A DNA stretch of 64,000 nucleotides from Smithellaceae bacterium (GCA_963667845.2 CAXXVL010000002.1:3040001-3104000); one strand, 5' to 3'. Positions 20,474 to 30,680 are shown, counted from the first letter of the stretch. Notes: generated by a model not told the origin, from the sequence alone. Program-made: numbers and translations.

Positions 20474-21250
20474 ATGGAAGAAGGCAATATGTCTCAGTCA
20501 CTGGAAGACGAATTTACATCGACTTTCATCCGCGAACTTATTCCGGGTATTCTGCACAATTTCGCCAACCCGCTAAACGGTATTATGGGGCGTTCCAAAC
20601 TTCTGCAGCGGCGCATTGATAATACAGTAAAGAAGATCAATGAAAAATATCCGGAAGCGGCTTCGGCCCTCGAGGAAGAATTACAGCGGATCGTGAACGA
20701 CGTCCGTTCCGTTAATAAGGAGTCCGAGTCTTTTTTCGAAATTTTCCGCGACGTCTCCGGAAAATTTTATGCACTTGCTGCAAAAGGAAATGAGCCTATT
20801 AATCTTTCCCAATTATTGGCGGCTGAAATGCGATTCGCCAATTTCTATCTGGAATTTAAACATGGAATAAAGAAAAATGTGCACTTGGATGAAGAAATTC
20901 ATGAGGTCTCGGGAAATATAGCCGAGTTATCCTTGGTTTTCTGGCGACTAATCCGTTTTGCGATGAGCAAGGCTTTGGCCAGCGGACCCAAAGGTTTCTT
21001 TCTACAAACGCGGCAGGAAAATGACAATGCCGTCGTAGTGATAAAATATTCCGGTGACGTTATTTTACATGAACATGCGGACATGATCAGCAATTATCTT
21101 CAGAGTGACTCCAGAGAGTTGGCAATTGTCAATATAGAACAGGGTATTTTATTGGCGCTTGCGATACTCAAGAAGTACTCGGCACGCGTGAGCGTCTCTG
21201 CTGATGGGAACCTCAATTCAATTGTGGTAGCTCTACCCATCAAAAGATGA
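20474..21250 (+). CDS. HisKA-like protein with degenerate ATPase domain (pseudokinase or phosphotransferase)
   Basis: H-box GILHNFANPLNGIMG; N-box and G-box residues not recognisable; no sensor domain. Confidence 0.65.
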   Translation: MEEGNMSQSLEDEFTSTFIRELIPGILHNFANPLNGIMGRSKLLQRRIDNTVKKINEKYPEAASALEEELQRIVNDVRSVNKESESFFEIFRDVSGKFYALAAKGNEPINLSQLLAAEMRFANFYLEFKHGIKKNVHLDEEIHEVSGNIAELSLVFWRLIRFAMSKALASGPKGFFLQTRQENDNAVVVIKYSGDVILHEHADMISNYLQSDSRELAIVNIEQGILLALAILKKYSARVSVSADGNLNSIVVALPIKR

Positions 21251-21359
21251 CAAAAGAATTTAAAACAATCCTGGCAGACTTGCGACCGCATCCGAAAATC
21301 TTCTCACAGTGCTGGAACAGCGAGTTTGCACTGAGAGAAATAGGAGTGAAGCTAGCTCT

Positions 21360-21580
21360 CCGGGAATAAAGAAAGAAGAAGACAAGACTCCTCGCAAAAT
21401 CCGCGGCGCCTGCAAATATTTCGGCAGGCAGAAAGCGGATATCCCTGACACTCCAGGATAAATATCATCGGTAGAAATGATCAAAGAAGGCTATTCGAAA
21501 GCCCGGATACCGCGATTATGGTTTCACTGAAAGCGGAATGGGACTGATGGGGCATCGTCAATTTTCAATTGTCTAAACTT
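21360..21580 (+). pseudogene. Possible degraded rod-binding (FlgJ N-terminal) gene
   Basis: KKEEDKTPRKIRGACKYF ... ESGMGL(fs)GIVNFQLSK fragments; syntenic position before flgM. Confidence 0.35.
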
Positions 21581-21935
21581 CCATCCTTTAAACCGCTCAT
21601 GTTTAGCGTCGCTGAAGAAACTTCCATCGACAAATATCTCTCTAACAATTCAAGATGTCTCTTTTACAGCCTCGAGCGAATTACCGTTAAAAGTGCGAGA
21701 GAAATTTCCGATCAAAATTGAAAACATCTACGCGCAGAAATTAACCTAAACCAGATGGATCGGCCAAAAGCAGAACATGGAATCAAAAATCATGAGTTGA
21801 TCTCCATAAGGGATAGGCACAGAATCATCATCGGGAATTTGAAAGCTTCCGTTCTGAAATTATCGGAAGCCGTTGCAGAGCGTTTAAGGATGCCTTAAAA
21901 CTTAATATTCAAAATAAGGCGAGCGTCAAGCCAAT

Positions 21936-21963
21936 TAAAGTAATTTTTTAATTTTGCCGATAA
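21936..21963 (+). promoter_or_regulatory. Sigma-28 promoter for flgM
   Basis: TAAA-N16-GCCGATAA, spacer 1 nt longer than consensus. Confidence 0.65.
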
Positions 21964-21993
21964 GGAGTGAAAGATCGCAACAAAGAGATTTCA

Positions 21994-22356
21994 ATGAATG
22001 TGACGCATATCAAAGATGCCAATACTCGGTTAATCCGGAAATATCAACGCAACGCAAGTATTGCGTCCGTAAATGATAAACAGGTCGGCTCTGCAGCTAT
22101 GAAAACGCAAGAAAAAATCGATTGTTCCACCGCAGTCACAGAAATTTGGGATGCGAATGTCGAGGTGTCAAAAGTACTCGATATGCGCGATGAAAGATTG
22201 CTGGAAATCAAGGGGCAGATAGAAAGAGGCATATATAACGTCAGCGGAGAGCAGATTGCCTGCAAGATGATGAAAGAGTCGAGCATCCATCTTTTTGGGA
22301 TCAATCTTCAGCTGAAAAACTACGTCATTCAATGGTCTCATTCCCGTTTGTTTTAA
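21994..22356 (+). CDS. flgM: Anti-sigma-28 factor FlgM, possibly degenerate with extended C-terminus
   Basis: DMRDERLLEIKGQIERGIYNVSGEQIACKM C-terminal FlgM motif; sigma-28 promoter. Confidence 0.8.
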   Translation: MNVTHIKDANTRLIRKYQRNASIASVNDKQVGSAAMKTQEKIDCSTAVTEIWDANVEVSKVLDMRDERLLEIKGQIERGIYNVSGEQIACKMMKESSIHLFGINLQLKNYVIQWSHSRLF

Positions 22357-22779
22357 CAGAACGTTCAGTTTGCTAAGCAGAACTAAAAAATAATAACTTT
22401 AAAAAATAGTCTAAGGTACTAATATGCTGGGCCATTGAAAGATTCAGCACATAAGGGGTTATTTACATCACTGCAAAAAAAAAGGCGTTAATTTCGATCT
22501 CGAACGTGATGTGACGCGTTTTATATCCTTCGCAATTTATGCCGGAATTGTAAAAAAGACGGATCATCGATAAATTGAGAACGATCTTATGATTGTTGCA
22601 ATTTAAATTATAGTTATGATATATAACACTTATATATTAAGTAATTAAATTAATAATACTAAAGTAATACTTTGCCTTATAGCGTCCTTAATTGACAGTT
22701 CGGCTTATCTCAGAAACGATAAACATATTGAAATCAAAACCAATGCCTCATTTGCTGCGGACGAAGGGCCGCAATCGGA

Positions 22780-22996
22780 AACCGAGAGACAGGTGCTAAA
22801 ATTAATGCAGCGATGGCCAACGGCTGTAATCACGATTTGCATAATCTAAAGATTAGGAATATGCTAACCGATACAGAGAATGCTGATTTGAGAATATTGC
22901 ATACATCGTTTCAGATTAAACAAATTGCGTTGCAGGCGTCATACGGTAAGGGTTTTGAAAATTGGAGAGTTGACGAAAATGGATTACATCAGATAA
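22780..22996 (+). pseudogene. flgL: 3' remnant of flgL (hook-associated protein 3)
   Basis: ETGAKIN..LKIRNMLTDTENADL..FQIKQIALQASY(fs)[13 protein letters not shown]; flagellin-family C-terminal pattern; directly upstream of csrA. Confidence 0.7.
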
Positions 22997-23012
22997 TGAT
23001 ATTAGGGGAAAA

Positions 23013-23192
23013 ATGCTTATTCTAACGAGGAAACAGGGAGAGTCTATTACGATTGGCGATGATATAAGAGTCACTATTCTGGATGTAAAAGGTAAATACG
23101 TCCGGGTTGGCATTGAAGCACCTCGTGAGTTGGCGGTGCACCGACAGGAGATAGTTCCTGAAGACAAAGGACCCGAAGCCGACAATAAGTGA
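23013..23192 (+). CDS. csrA: Carbon storage regulator CsrA (59 aa, not in the ORF track)
   Basis: [59 protein letters not shown]. Confidence 0.96.
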   Translation: MLILTRKQGESITIGDDIRVTILDVKGKYVRVGIEAPRELAVHRQEIVPEDKGPEADNK

Positions 23193-23242
23193 ACCATTGA
23201 AAATAAATTTTCAATCGCAAAGGATCCGATAGAGTTTTCCTC

Positions 23243-23269
23243 TAAAGTTTTATGCTCAAAAGCCGATAA
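23243..23269 (+). promoter_or_regulatory. Consensus sigma-28 promoter
   Basis: TAAAGTTT-N11-GCCGATAA. Confidence 0.88.
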
Positions 23270-23300
23270 ATCTGTCAAAGAGGATTATTAGAGAGTAATC

Positions 23301-23516
23301 ATGGCAATAACTTCTTATCAGGTCGATAGCGTGCTCAATGCCTATACCAGGAAGAGCAAAGTCAGAATCTCACCCTCTGTATCGAAGAAAGACGGATCGG
23401 CTAGTCAAGATCGCGATATTGCACTTTTGTCCTCAAAAGATGATAACAAATCGGAAGAATTTGAAAAAATCAGCTACAACCTTCGAGATGTTCTTTTGAA
23501 GGATGAAAATATTTAG
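23301..23516 (+). CDS. Small sigma-28-dependent protein, possibly FlgM-associated DVU0524-like
   Basis: MAITSYQVDSVLNAY N-terminus; directly downstream of the sigma-28 promoter. Confidence 0.6.
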   Translation: MAITSYQVDSVLNAYTRKSKVRISPSVSKKDGSASQDRDIALLSSKDDNKSEEFEKISYNLRDVLLKDENI

Positions 23517-23613
23517 TCCAACACTAAATGTCCGGAAATCTCCTCATCAAGACAAGTTAGTCGGATATATCAATTACCTTGGCAGATATCTTATCTAGAG
23601 ACAAAGTACTTTA

Positions 23614-25095
23614 ATGCTCAGAAAAGCCCAAAAAATAACGACACAAAGTCTGAAAAAAATACTTGTTGTTGATGACTATTTACCTACTCGCAACCTGATC
23701 ATCGATGCGCTGAGTCAATCTCCTCAATATAAGATATCCGAAGCAGAAAACGGTCAGGATGCTCTGCATCTTTTCGATGAAAATGATTTTGATCTTGTGA
23801 TCAGTGATATCATGATGCCTGGGATGAGCGGTATGGACCTCCTTCACCTCATTCGCGAACGAAATCCCTCGGCTACGGTCATTATGATTACCGGAAATCC
23901 CACCACGGACCTTACTGTAAGTGCCATTAAGAAAGGGGCAGTCGATTTTTTGACAAAACCTTTCGATATTGATGAACTCCTCTACAAAGTTGATATCCAT
24001 TTACGGCAAAAGGAAATACTGCATCAAGAAATATTGGGAAATACTTTAGAGCAGAGTAGATTAAAGGACAAAACGGATGATCTCTCTAAAAAAAGTTATA
24101 TATATGATTTTATAGAAGATTCTCAAATGGATAATGATGCCATATTCGAAAGAATTGCGGAATTGGCTCTGAAATTGGTTGATGGCGAGGTCTGTTCCAT
24201 CATGCTTTTTGATGAACACGATAACGAATTTCATGACAAGGTCATCAAGGGGAATACGGATGGCACTTATCAGAATTACACCCAAAGCCCGGCGCTCAAA
24301 ATGGTTTATAATCAGGTAATCGAACAGAAAGAAGCTATCCTGATTAATTCTAATGACCATCCGGAAGTGGCGCCTTCACTGATCTGTGCGCCACTCATGA
24401 TTCGAAAAAACATTCTCGGAATCCTCAGTATCCGTAAGAAAAAGAACAGAGAAGTCTTCAGCAAAAAGGATCTGCATCATATTTTGAGTCTGACTAAACG
24501 TGCCTCTTTGAATCTGGAGAATAAGATTCTCTATGAGAGTATTTATTTCAATATTATGGATACACTGAAATCACTGATATCTTCCATCCAGGCGCGCGAT
24601 CAATACACCGAAGAGCATTCGAGGCGCGTAACGGACGAAGCCGTCAGGCTGGCAATAAGCCTGAATTGTTCCTTCAAAGATCAGGAAAGTCTGAAGATTG
24701 CCGGCGCACTTCATGATGTGGGCAAGATCGCCGTACCGGACAGTATCTTATTGAAGGCAGGTAAGTTGTCCGAGGAAGAATATATGATTATTAAGAACCA
24801 TCCAACCATCGGTGAGAATATCCTCAAACCCATCCTGCTCCTGGATAAAGAAAGAAGAATCATTCAATGCCATCATGAACAGTGGGACGGCAAAGGCTAT
24901 CCGATCGGTTTAAAGGGCGAGGATATTCCGCTGCTGGCCCGGATCTTATCCGTTGCTGATTCCTTTGACGCCATGACAAACAACCGTCCCTACCGGCCGT
25001 CCATGCCAAGAAATGAAGCCATTCGGGAATTAGTTGCAAGCAAGAATACACAATTCGATCCGGACGTTGTCGACGCTTACATCAAAATTCTCTAG
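23614..25095 (+). CDS. REC-GAF-HD-GYP cyclic dinucleotide phosphodiesterase
   Basis: ISDIMMP; GAF region; LHDVGK, HHEQWDGKGYP, ADSFDAMT..RPYR. Confidence 0.92.
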   Translation: MLRKAQKITTQSLKKILVVDDYLPTRNLIIDALSQSPQYKISEAENGQDALHLFDENDFDLVISDIMMPGMSGMDLLHLIRERNPSATVIMITGNPTTDLTVSAIKKGAVDFLTKPFDIDELLYKVDIHLRQKEILHQEILGNTLEQSRLKDKTDDLSKKSYIYDFIEDSQMDNDAIFERIAELALKLVDGEVCSIMLFDEHDNEFHDKVIKGNTDGTYQNYTQSPALKMVYNQVIEQKEAILINSNDHPEVAPSLICAPLMIRKNILGILSIRKKKNREVFSKKDLHHILSLTKRASLNLENKILYESIYFNIMDTLKSLISSIQARDQYTEEHSRRVTDEAVRLAISLNCSFKDQESLKIAGALHDVGKIAVPDSILLKAGKLSEEEYMIIKNHPTIGENILKPILLLDKERRIIQCHHEQWDGKGYPIGLKGEDIPLLARILSVADSFDAMTNNRPYRPSMPRNEAIRELVASKNTQFDPDVVDAYIKIL

Positions 25096-25259
25096 CAGAA
25101 GGAAGATTCCGGCCCATGAGGTAAAAATTCATTCTCTGTTCAACAAAGGGGAAAGAATAGATTTCTCACTTGATCCTGCAACCCTGTCGCACGTGCTCAA
25201 TCTCTAAATACGAGGAGATGACCGGTGTCACGCCTTTGCCACTCAAATGGATTAAAACA

Positions 25260-26582
25260 TCAGCACAAATTCTGAGACTGCATCCAATCATTTAATACGT
25301 GCAAAGCGCGCACGACATATAAACGGTGTTTTTCTCTTTTCGTAATTCTTTTTGTAGGCAAGAGCTCGAGGATACCGAAATTAATGTTCATCGGTTGGAA
25401 ATTGTCGGCGTTTTCGCCAGAGGTAATATAACGCAGGAGCGCTCCAATCGCCGTTCCTGCCGGTGGCGGCGGAAGTTGTTTTCCTTCGAGGATAAAGGCA
25501 GCGCTCAGTCCGGCCAGAAGTCCCATGGCCGTTGATTCCATGTAGCCTTCTACACCGGTAATCTGACCGGCGAAAAAGATCTGCGGGCGGTTCTTCAATT
25601 GTAATGACGGGAGAAGCAGGGAAGGGGAGTTAATGAACGTATTGCGGTGAATGCTTCCCATCCGCGCAAACTGCGCGTTTTCCAGACCCGGTATCATCCG
25701 AAAAATCCGTTCCTGTTCAGACCACGTCAACTTGGTCTGAAACCCAACCATGTTAAAAAGCGATCCGGCCGCATTTTCCCGCCGCAGTTGAACAACCGCG
25801 TACGGCATGCCTCCCGTTCGTGGATCGATCAGCCCCACAGGCTTCATCGGACCGAAAGCCAGTGTGTCTTCACCGCGGGCGGCCAGCACTTCTATGGGCA
25901 GACAGCCCTCAAAGTGTTTCACGTCTTCAAAAGCTTTAAGAGCGACTTTTTCTCCGGTGAGCAATTCCCGGCGAAAACGCTTATAATCCTCTTCGGAAAG
26001 TGGACAATTGAGGTAATCGGGTGTGCCTTTGTCGTAGCGTGATGCCCAGTAAACCTTATCCGTATTGATCGAATCCGCTTCCACGATCGGTGCAATCGCA
26101 TCATAAAAGTAAAGATATTCGCCGCCAAGCAGTGTCCTTATTGAATGAGACAAGGCATCTGGCGTAAGAGGACCGGTCGCAATGATGGTTAAAGCATCCC
26201 GGGGGATTTCTGTAACTTCCATTCTGCTCAGTGTGAAATTTGTCTGCCTCAATAAACTGCCTTGGATTCTCTCGGCAAATTCCAGGCGGTCAACGGCAAG
26301 CGCAGTGCCTGCGGGGACTGATGTTTGATCAGCTACTGACACGATCAGCGAGTCAAGCCGGCGCATTTCATTCTTGAGAAGACCGGGGGCGCTTTCCGGA
26401 TCGTTGGATTTCAGGGAATTGCTGCAGACGAGCTCGGCCAGAAGTTCAGTCTTATGTGCCGGGGAGAATCTTTGAGGCTTCATTTCATACAGGTGTACCG
26501 AATGTCCGCGTTTGAGCAATTGCCAGGCCGCTTCGCAGCCTGCCAATCCTCCGCCGATGATATTGACTTGTGCAGATCTCAT
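25260..26582 (-). CDS. trmFO: Folate/FAD-dependent tRNA m5U54 methyltransferase
   Basis: GGGLAGCEAA, ELVCSNS, NMVGFQT, GQITGVEGY, FQPMNINFG. Confidence 0.97.
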   Translation of the reverse strand: MRSAQVNIIGGGLAGCEAAWQLLKRGHSVHLYEMKPQRFSPAHKTELLAELVCSNSLKSNDPESAPGLLKNEMRRLDSLIVSVADQTSVPAGTALAVDRLEFAERIQGSLLRQTNFTLSRMEVTEIPRDALTIIATGPLTPDALSHSIRTLLGGEYLYFYDAIAPIVEADSINTDKVYWASRYDKGTPDYLNCPLSEEDYKRFRRELLTGEKVALKAFEDVKHFEGCLPIEVLAARGEDTLAFGPMKPVGLIDPRTGGMPYAVVQLRRENAAGSLFNMVGFQTKLTWSEQERIFRMIPGLENAQFARMGSIHRNTFINSPSLLLPSLQLKNRPQIFFAGQITGVEGYMESTAMGLLAGLSAAFILEGKQLPPPPAGTAIGALLRYITSGENADNFQPMNINFGILELLPTKRITKREKHRLYVVRALHVLNDWMQSQNLC

Positions 26583-26775
26583 CAGCGAATCTCCAGTTCA
26601 GAAAACGGAACACATAACCTGATAACCGCATAGCCCAATGAGTGCAGGAGGTCACACGTAACCTGAAGGTCACACACGGTTATACGCCTGCATTGGTAAG
26701 TTGAAGTATTATGCAGAGCGGAATATGGGATCATGAAAGCTTGCCAAGTGGTGTTTCTAAAGTACCTGGGCAGGG

Positions 26776-29115
26776 TCATGCCTGTGGTTCCGCCGGTTTA
26801 TTTCTAGGCATCTTCTTAATGGTTTTACATTCGGGATAACCGGTACAACCCAGAAACTGACCATAGCGACCGCGCTTGATGGCCATCGGTTTGCCGCAAC
26901 TCTCACAGGTTTCGTCCGAGAGGATGGTTTCCTGCTTTGAGACCGTACCGTCTTTGCTCATTTTCTTGATGTTCTTACATTCGGGATAACCGGTACAACC
27001 CAGAAACTGGCCGTAGCGGCCGCGTTTGATAGCCATCGGCTTGCCGCACAATTCGCAGACTTCATCGGTTGCCGGTGCTTCCTGTGCGATGATGTCGCCG
27101 TTTTCATTTTTTGATGCGTTCATGGTGTTCTTGCATTCCGGATAACCCGAGCAGGCCAGGAACTGTCCGAAACGTCCTTCTTTGACTTGCATGCTTTTAC
27201 CGCACTTGTTGCATTTAACATCCGTTGTTTGCGTTTCCACGTGTTTTACCTTGCCATTTTCGTCATGAGTAAAATTCATTGTGTTTTTACATTCGGGATA
27301 CTTGGAGCAGCATAAAAACCGGCCGTTCTTCCCCCATTTGATCACCATGGGCGACTTGCATTTATCGCACACCAGGTCGGTCGGCGTTTCTTCCCGCTTG
27401 ACGTTGCGCATTCCGTCTTTTGCTTTATCCAATTCTGAGGAAAAAAGTTCATAGAAATCCTGAAGCGTCTTAACGCGTTTATTAGCGCCGCTTTCAATGG
27501 CATCCAGCTTGTTTTCCATATCCGCCGTAAACGCAAGATCCAAAACAGTGGGGAAACTTTTAACCAGAAGCTCTGTGACAACCTTGCCCAGTTCCGTCGG
27601 GAAGAATTTGCCTTTTTCCAGACGAACATATTCGCGATCCTGAATGGTCGATAGGATGGTGGCATATGTACTGGGACGGCCGATGCCTTTTTCCTCAAGC
27701 TCGCGAACCAGCGACGCTTCAGAGAAGCGCGGCGGCGGTTGGGTGAATTTTTGCTGCGTATCGAGTTTCAGCAGATCTAATTTTTCACTTTCTTTTACTT
27801 CCGGCAAAAGTTTATCGATTCCGTTTTCTTCTTCTTTTTCATCCTTGCCTTCGGTGTAGACGATTGTGAAGCCGGGGAACTTCAGCACCTGACCCTGTGC
27901 GCGGAACGTGCACTTCGCGCCGGCGATATCAATCGTTGTCTGATCAAAGATCGCCGGGTTCATCTGACTTGCCACAAAGCGGTTCCAGATGAGCTGGTAG
28001 AGTTTGAACTGCTCGGGGGTAAGGTATTCCTTGATATCCTGCGGTTTATAAGCCATGGTCGACGGACGGATGGCTTCGTGCGCGTCCTGCGCCTTTTGCG
28101 TATTTTTGTATGTGTGAGGTTTGAGCGGCAGATAGTCGGCGGAATAATTTTCCTTAATGTAGTCGCGGACGGCTGTCAGCGCCTCGTCGGCAATTCGGTA
28201 GGAGTCGGTTCTCATATAGGTGATCAGACCGACGGATCCTTCTTTGCCCAGTTCGATGCCTTCGTATAATTTCTGAGCAACACTCATCGTTCTTTTGGCC
28301 GAAAACCGCAGCCAGCGGGAGGCTTCCTGCTGTAATTTACTGGTCGTAAAAGGCGGTAAGGCAGAGCGCCGGAGTTCTTTCTTCTCCAGCTTCTCGACAA
28401 TGAAAGAAGCCTTCCTGATTTCGGCGGCGAGTTGATTGGCCTGTTCGGCATTTGTAACTTTCGCTTTTTTGCCATCGATCTTGATGAGCTTCGCGTCAAA
28501 TGGCGGGGGATGGCTGCCTTCAAACTGGGCGACGAGGTTCCAGTATTCTTCCGGCACAAACTTGCAGATTTCATCTTCGCGTTCACAGATAATGCGGACG
28601 GCGACGGACTGCACGCGTCCGGCGCTCAGGCCGCGCTTAACCTTGTCCCAAAGCACGGGACTGATCTGGTAGCCCACGAGTCTGTCCAGGATGCGACGCG
28701 TCTGTTGCGCCTCGTATTTGTCAAAATCAAGTTGCAGCGGATGATTGATGGCTTCAACTACGGTGTTCTTTGTTAAATCATTAAAAAGAACTCTGTAGAT
28801 ATTCTTGTTCTTTTTTGCTCCGATGACGTCGGAAATATGCCAGGCAATGGCTTCGCCCTCGCGGTCGGGGTCAGGCGCCAGATAAATGTTTTCTGCGGTC
28901 TTGGCCGCTTTCTTCAATTCATCAATGACTTTCTTCTTGCTGTCGATCACATTATAGGTGGGTTCGAAGTCCTTGGCAAGATCGATGCCCAAGGTGCTTT
29001 TCGGCAGATCCTTGATATGACCCATGGACGCGACAACGTTAAAATCCTTCCCGAGGAATTTTTTAATCGTTTTAACTTTCGTGGGAGATTCCACAACAAT
29101 TAATGAATGTGCCAT
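26776..29115 (-). CDS. topA: DNA topoisomerase I with four C-terminal Zn-ribbons
   Basis: VESPTK, DPDREGEAI, SAGRVQ, ITYMRTD, GRPSTY. Confidence 0.98.
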   Translation of the reverse strand: MAHSLIVVESPTKVKTIKKFLGKDFNVVASMGHIKDLPKSTLGIDLAKDFEPTYNVIDSKKKVIDELKKAAKTAENIYLAPDPDREGEAIAWHISDVIGAKKNKNIYRVLFNDLTKNTVVEAINHPLQLDFDKYEAQQTRRILDRLVGYQISPVLWDKVKRGLSAGRVQSVAVRIICEREDEICKFVPEEYWNLVAQFEGSHPPPFDAKLIKIDGKKAKVTNAEQANQLAAEIRKASFIVEKLEKKELRRSALPPFTTSKLQQEASRWLRFSAKRTMSVAQKLYEGIELGKEGSVGLITYMRTDSYRIADEALTAVRDYIKENYSADYLPLKPHTYKNTQKAQDAHEAIRPSTMAYKPQDIKEYLTPEQFKLYQLIWNRFVASQMNPAIFDQTTIDIAGAKCTFRAQGQVLKFPGFTIVYTEGKDEKEEENGIDKLLPEVKESEKLDLLKLDTQQKFTQPPPRFSEASLVRELEEKGIGRPSTYATILSTIQDREYVRLEKGKFFPTELGKVVTELLVKSFPTVLDLAFTADMENKLDAIESGANKRVKTLQDFYELFSSELDKAKDGMRNVKREETPTDLVCDKCKSPMVIKWGKNGRFLCCSKYPECKNTMNFTHDENGKVKHVETQTTDVKCNKCGKSMQVKEGRFGQFLACSGYPECKNTMNASKNENGDIIAQEAPATDEVCELCGKPMAIKRGRYGQFLGCTGYPECKNIKKMSKDGTVSKQETILSDETCESCGKPMAIKRGRYGQFLGCTGYPECKTIKKMPRNKPAEPQA

Positions 29116-29369
29116 AACTTCTCCTAACATTTCGGCGCACCATATAGATGGTCGAAATGTATTTGTAAAGACTTTTTATTGCCGGATGGTTCTGCAAAAA
29201 GACAATGTCCGGCTGCTATCCCCACAGAAATAAATAATATACCAAGTAAAATAAGCCTGTTACCAGTATGAACACCGTGTTGCGCATCGGCGGTACGAAT
29301 CAGATTGGTTTTTCATGCAATCGGCATCGCCGGGAGAAGGCGAGTCGACCCAATGCTTGGAAAGCTTAA

Positions 29370-30554
29370 TCATTCCGCAAGAGAAAAAAACTTCCCCGGA
29401 TGCTGGGAAATCATTCCCATGAGTTCCAAATTCATAAGAGCGCTCAAAATATTTGCGGGAGGTAAATCAGCGCCGGCAATAATATCGTCGATATGTTTTT
29501 TCCCGCACGCAAGGATCGTCAGAATCGTCCGGTCAACAGGACAAAGCTTGTGAATATCTTTTTCGAGATTTGGAGAATGAAAATCAACAGCGTGATCGTG
29601 TTCATTTAGCACCCGAGGCTGGATCAATGATCGATTCAATTGAGGGATAATATCTTCCAGAATGTCGTCGATATTATCGATCAATTTTGCTCCCTGCTTG
29701 ATCAGGCTGTTCGTGCCGCGCGAAGCGGCGGAATCGATTGTTCCGGGAATTGCAAAAACTTCGCGTCCCTGTTCCATTGCCAGTCTTGCTGTAATGAGCG
29801 AACCGCTTTTTTCGCCGGCTTCGACAACCACAACGCCGTAGGACAGTCCGCTGATAATGCGGTTTCGTGCCGGAAAATGAAAAGAAAGAGGTTTTGTCCC
29901 CAGTGGGAATTCAGAGATAACGGCACCGTTTTCTGCGATGGCTGCAAATAATTTTTTGTTTTCAGGCGGATAAATTACATCCAGGCCGCTTCCCAGGACG
30001 GCAATGGTTCTTCCCTTGGCAGCCAGAGCGCCACGATGCGCACAGGAATCTATGCCGCGCGCCATGCCGCTGACAATCGTAATACCTCTCAGGGCTAATT
30101 CCCGGCTGATTCGGTCGGTCGTGTATTTGCCATAAGTACTGGCATGACGAGACCCTACAATGGCAATGGCAACATCCTCTTTCGACAGGGTTCCGAGAAC
30201 GTAAAGGAACGCCGGGCGATCGAAAATATTGAGAAGATTCACCGGGTAGGTTTCATCCAGACATGTAATGACTTTGATACCCGTCCGATCAAGCATATCG
30301 AGCTGACGATGAATCTTATCCCAGTCCTTGAAAGATGTGATGGCTGTGGCAGAATCTTTGCTGATCCCTGGAACCGCGAGGAGGTCGTGAATGGACGCTG
30401 CAAAAACTCCAGCCGGAGAATGGAAACACGCCAATAAGGACTGAAAGGTCCCATTGCCAATGCCATCGACAGACTTCAATGCCATCCAGAAGCTTACATT
30501 TTCAACATTCATAGGATAATAACAATGACGGGTCGCTTTTCGGTTCTCCTCCAT
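29370..30554 (-). CDS. dprA: DNA-processing protein DprA (start may be 30512)
   Basis: IVGSR, SGMARGID, FPARNRIISG, SGSLITA. Confidence 0.96.
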   Translation of the reverse strand: MEENRKATRHCYYPMNVENVSFWMALKSVDGIGNGTFQSLLACFHSPAGVFAASIHDLLAVPGISKDSATAITSFKDWDKIHRQLDMLDRTGIKVITCLDETYPVNLLNIFDRPAFLYVLGTLSKEDVAIAIVGSRHASTYGKYTTDRISRELALRGITIVSGMARGIDSCAHRGALAAKGRTIAVLGSGLDVIYPPENKKLFAAIAENGAVISEFPLGTKPLSFHFPARNRIISGLSYGVVVVEAGEKSGSLITARLAMEQGREVFAIPGTIDSAASRGTNSLIKQGAKLIDNIDDILEDIIPQLNRSLIQPRVLNEHDHAVDFHSPNLEKDIHKLCPVDRTILTILACGKKHIDDIIAGADLPPANILSALMNLELMGMISQHPGKFFSLAE

Positions 30555-30680
30555 TACGAGGTGCCCTGAAAATTAACGCGACGTTACATCTTCCATGCCG
30601 TTGCTGTCAAGTATTTTAAAATCATTGCGTAAAATCCGACTTTGAGTTAGTAACCGCTAATTCATATTTAAGAGGCCAAC

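Noticed and set aside
23204..23232. Second sigma-28-like site TAAA..TCCGATAG
   Set aside because: 17-nt spacer and a mismatched -10
26620..26700. Short repeats (GGTCACAC x2, TAACCTGA x2) and a possible stem between topA and trmFO
   Set aside because: Too short to distinguish from chance; not CRISPR-like
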